From NCBI RefSeq assembly GCF_006345805.1, contig NW_021834145.1, positions 1 through 52,457 of the forward strand: a DNA stretch of 52,457 nucleotides, given 5' to 3'. Position 1 is the first letter of the stretch, and each line of letters begins with the position of its first letter. This DNA comes from Octopus sinensis. Lineage: Eukaryota. The translations under genes and the position numbers were made by a program. Under the pieces are notes generated by a model that was given only the letters and a program-made list of their open reading frames with translations, did no database searches and was not told the origin of the DNA. This document shows, one piece after another, positions 50,413-52,457 of the stretch.

Positions 50413-52457
50413 TTATTGTCTCTGCACAGCTTCTAATGATTGAGATGGACTAGGTGTCAGCTGTTCAGTACAAGTGAGCTTAGGTAACATCCCTATTTTT
50501 TCGAGCTCGATACGGAGTATTCGAGCGGTTCCAAGCAGTACTGTTTTCTGCAAGTGCCCCACCCTTATTGCAACCGCTATTTGTCCCATGTACTTCTGAA
50601 GATTTTTACTTACTGTTCGTGATATGAGTAATGGTTTCATCGACTCTATTGCAGATGCGGCACAGCAGAGACACTTGCTCATTCCAACTGTTGACCCTCT
50701 AGTTCGTGGTCAAAGCTTGGTCTTGTGCTGTCAGTATAGTGCTCTCAGTCTGTTTTAGGGTTCCTTTTATCAGCCAATACCACCTATTTTTTCCAGTGAT
50801 AGTGAAAGTTTTACCTTGAACAAGCGACTCAGGATGATGTTCATACCAGTAAGCAGGAGTGCTGATTTTGTAGTGTTTATATAGTTTCAAATGTAAATAC
50901 TGTCCTACCCTATCGTGGCGAATATCATATTCGTTTGGTGTCAGCACAGGACATCCCGAGACGAGATGTTCGATTGTTTTGTCAAATGTATCGCAGAATC
51001 TGAATTTAAGATCAGAACCGTTTTATAGAACGTTAGCCTGGTAGTTTTTGTCAGCAAGTTTTGGTTTTGTGTCGCCATTATAGAACCTTCAGTCTCTGCT
51101 TGAACTCCTGAAATTCTCAGCCACTGACGCGTTATTGAGTGATCTATATCAGCATTTCTACTTCGAACTATATATTGTCTATGCAGAGGCTTCTAGTTCC
51201 ATCGCTCCTCAGTTTGTGTCTGTCCGTTCTTTTTTTGAAGTCTACTTGATCCAGGTTTCAGGTTCTTCAACTATTTCAGGATTAATGTCAACTTCCCTTG
51301 CGAATTTGCAAGCTTCCTTGATAATCGAATGTAGCTTTTTGCTGCTTTCGTGTTTGTACACAAGCCGCAGCATCCAGTCCTATGTACTAGATAAGTACCT
51401 GTTCGTTGCTATTGTGGAGGTCTTATAGGACAGTTGTATCTGCATCGTTCTTCTTCCCCCTTTATTTCTAGGTAGGCACAGACGGTCAATATCTGCTTTT
51501 GGGTGGTGCATGTTCTTAGAAGTTAGTATTTTTCTTGCCTTCATGTCCAGACGTTGGAGCTCTGTAAGATTCCAGTTAATGATGTTAAAACTATACTGGA
51601 CTACTCGAAATGCCAGGGTGTTAATGGCTTCCATGCGATTTTTGGAGCTGAGTTCAGTTTTTAGTATGTGTCTTATTCTCCTGTAATATTCTTTTCTTAT
51701 TTTTTCCTTCATAGCAGCATGTTGTATACCACCTCCTTCGTTTATCCCCGTGTATGTGTAATTTTCTTCTGGGTCATGCTCCTTCATAGTAGTGTCAATA
51801 TCTAATTCAATGGAAGCTGTTTGCTTGAGATTGCCTCTTAAAAATGTTGCTTTAGCTCAAGCCAAAGACCATTCCGATGCCATTGCTGAATTCTGGGATC
51901 AGAGTATTGGGGGTAGGGAGCCACCTTGAAATTTGCCTCGTTTGTTAGTTTGGTTCCTCACGTTACTATGGTTCCGAAGGACGCGTGTGTTCGTATATCT
52001 ATGCCATACTCAGGTTCTTCTTGTTGCTCCAGCAATTCTCTACAATCATTTTACTTCTGAGTAATTGATCTTTGCACCCATAAGAATTAATTTTACAACC
52101 TTTTTGAGCTTGTGAAAGACTATATCTCTGTTCAACAAACCGTATGCTTTATCAGTTATTATGGATGTGAAGATATTTTAGGTGGTGTTGAGACATGTTA
52201 TTGGTCAGTAGTTCTTTAGGTTGTTTGTGTCTTCAGTTTCTGGTAGAAGTATGTTGTTCCCTCAGTCAGCCAGCCAGCTATTTTCTCTAGTTTCTGGATA
52301 GCATCAGTTAAAGATGCAAATAAATTTTAGTGTACTCGCGTCAGACAATTTAACCAGAAGTTAGGAATTCGATCCAGTCCTGGAGTTTTCCATTTCTGAG
52401 ATTTCCTAAGTACACATCTCAGCCCTTCTATTCCTATTGCCTTCCATTTCTGCTCTT
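50348..52457 (-). mobile_element. R4/Dong-clade LINE 3' portion(s) with an (AAT)n tail, continuing beyond the window
   Basis: EYYRRIRHILKTELSSKNRMEAINT, HHPKADIDRLCLPRNKGGR, TIEHLVSGC...RHDRVGQYLH...WYEHHP and LQKTVLLGTARILR. The (AAT)n tail is at about 50348-50415. Confidence 0.9.

Overview
This is very AT-rich, microsatellite-rich eukaryotic DNA. The tRNA-derived SINE families with a central (TA)n/(TG)n tract suggest an octopod cephalopod, which is an inference. Most of the window is decayed transposable elements: a Tc1-type DNA transposon with DD36E spacing, a hAT/Charlie-like remnant, CR1-group, RTE, Tx1/L1-group and R4/Dong LINE relics, three Ty3/Gypsy fragments (one with its LTR and a tRNA-Leu primer-binding site), several SINEs and multiple Penelope-like elements. 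There is no complete protein-coding gene. One credible coding exon (minus strand, 5573-5731) encodes the N-terminus of a type II membrane protein, and a few weaker exon candidates exist. Most ORFs in the track are microsatellite artefacts or TE fragments. The main unexplained signal is RNA structure. I found at least eight type I hammerhead ribozyme motifs with an intact CUGANGA/GAAA/UH core, plus about six decayed ones, from several unrelated sequence families and often with palindromic stem III. They sit in short non-coding units bounded by direct or inverted repeats, which look like non-autonomous Penelope-type pseudo-LTR or retrozyme-like elements. Fold-back inverted duplications are also common. 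All folds and alignments were done by eye and none has been tested computationally.
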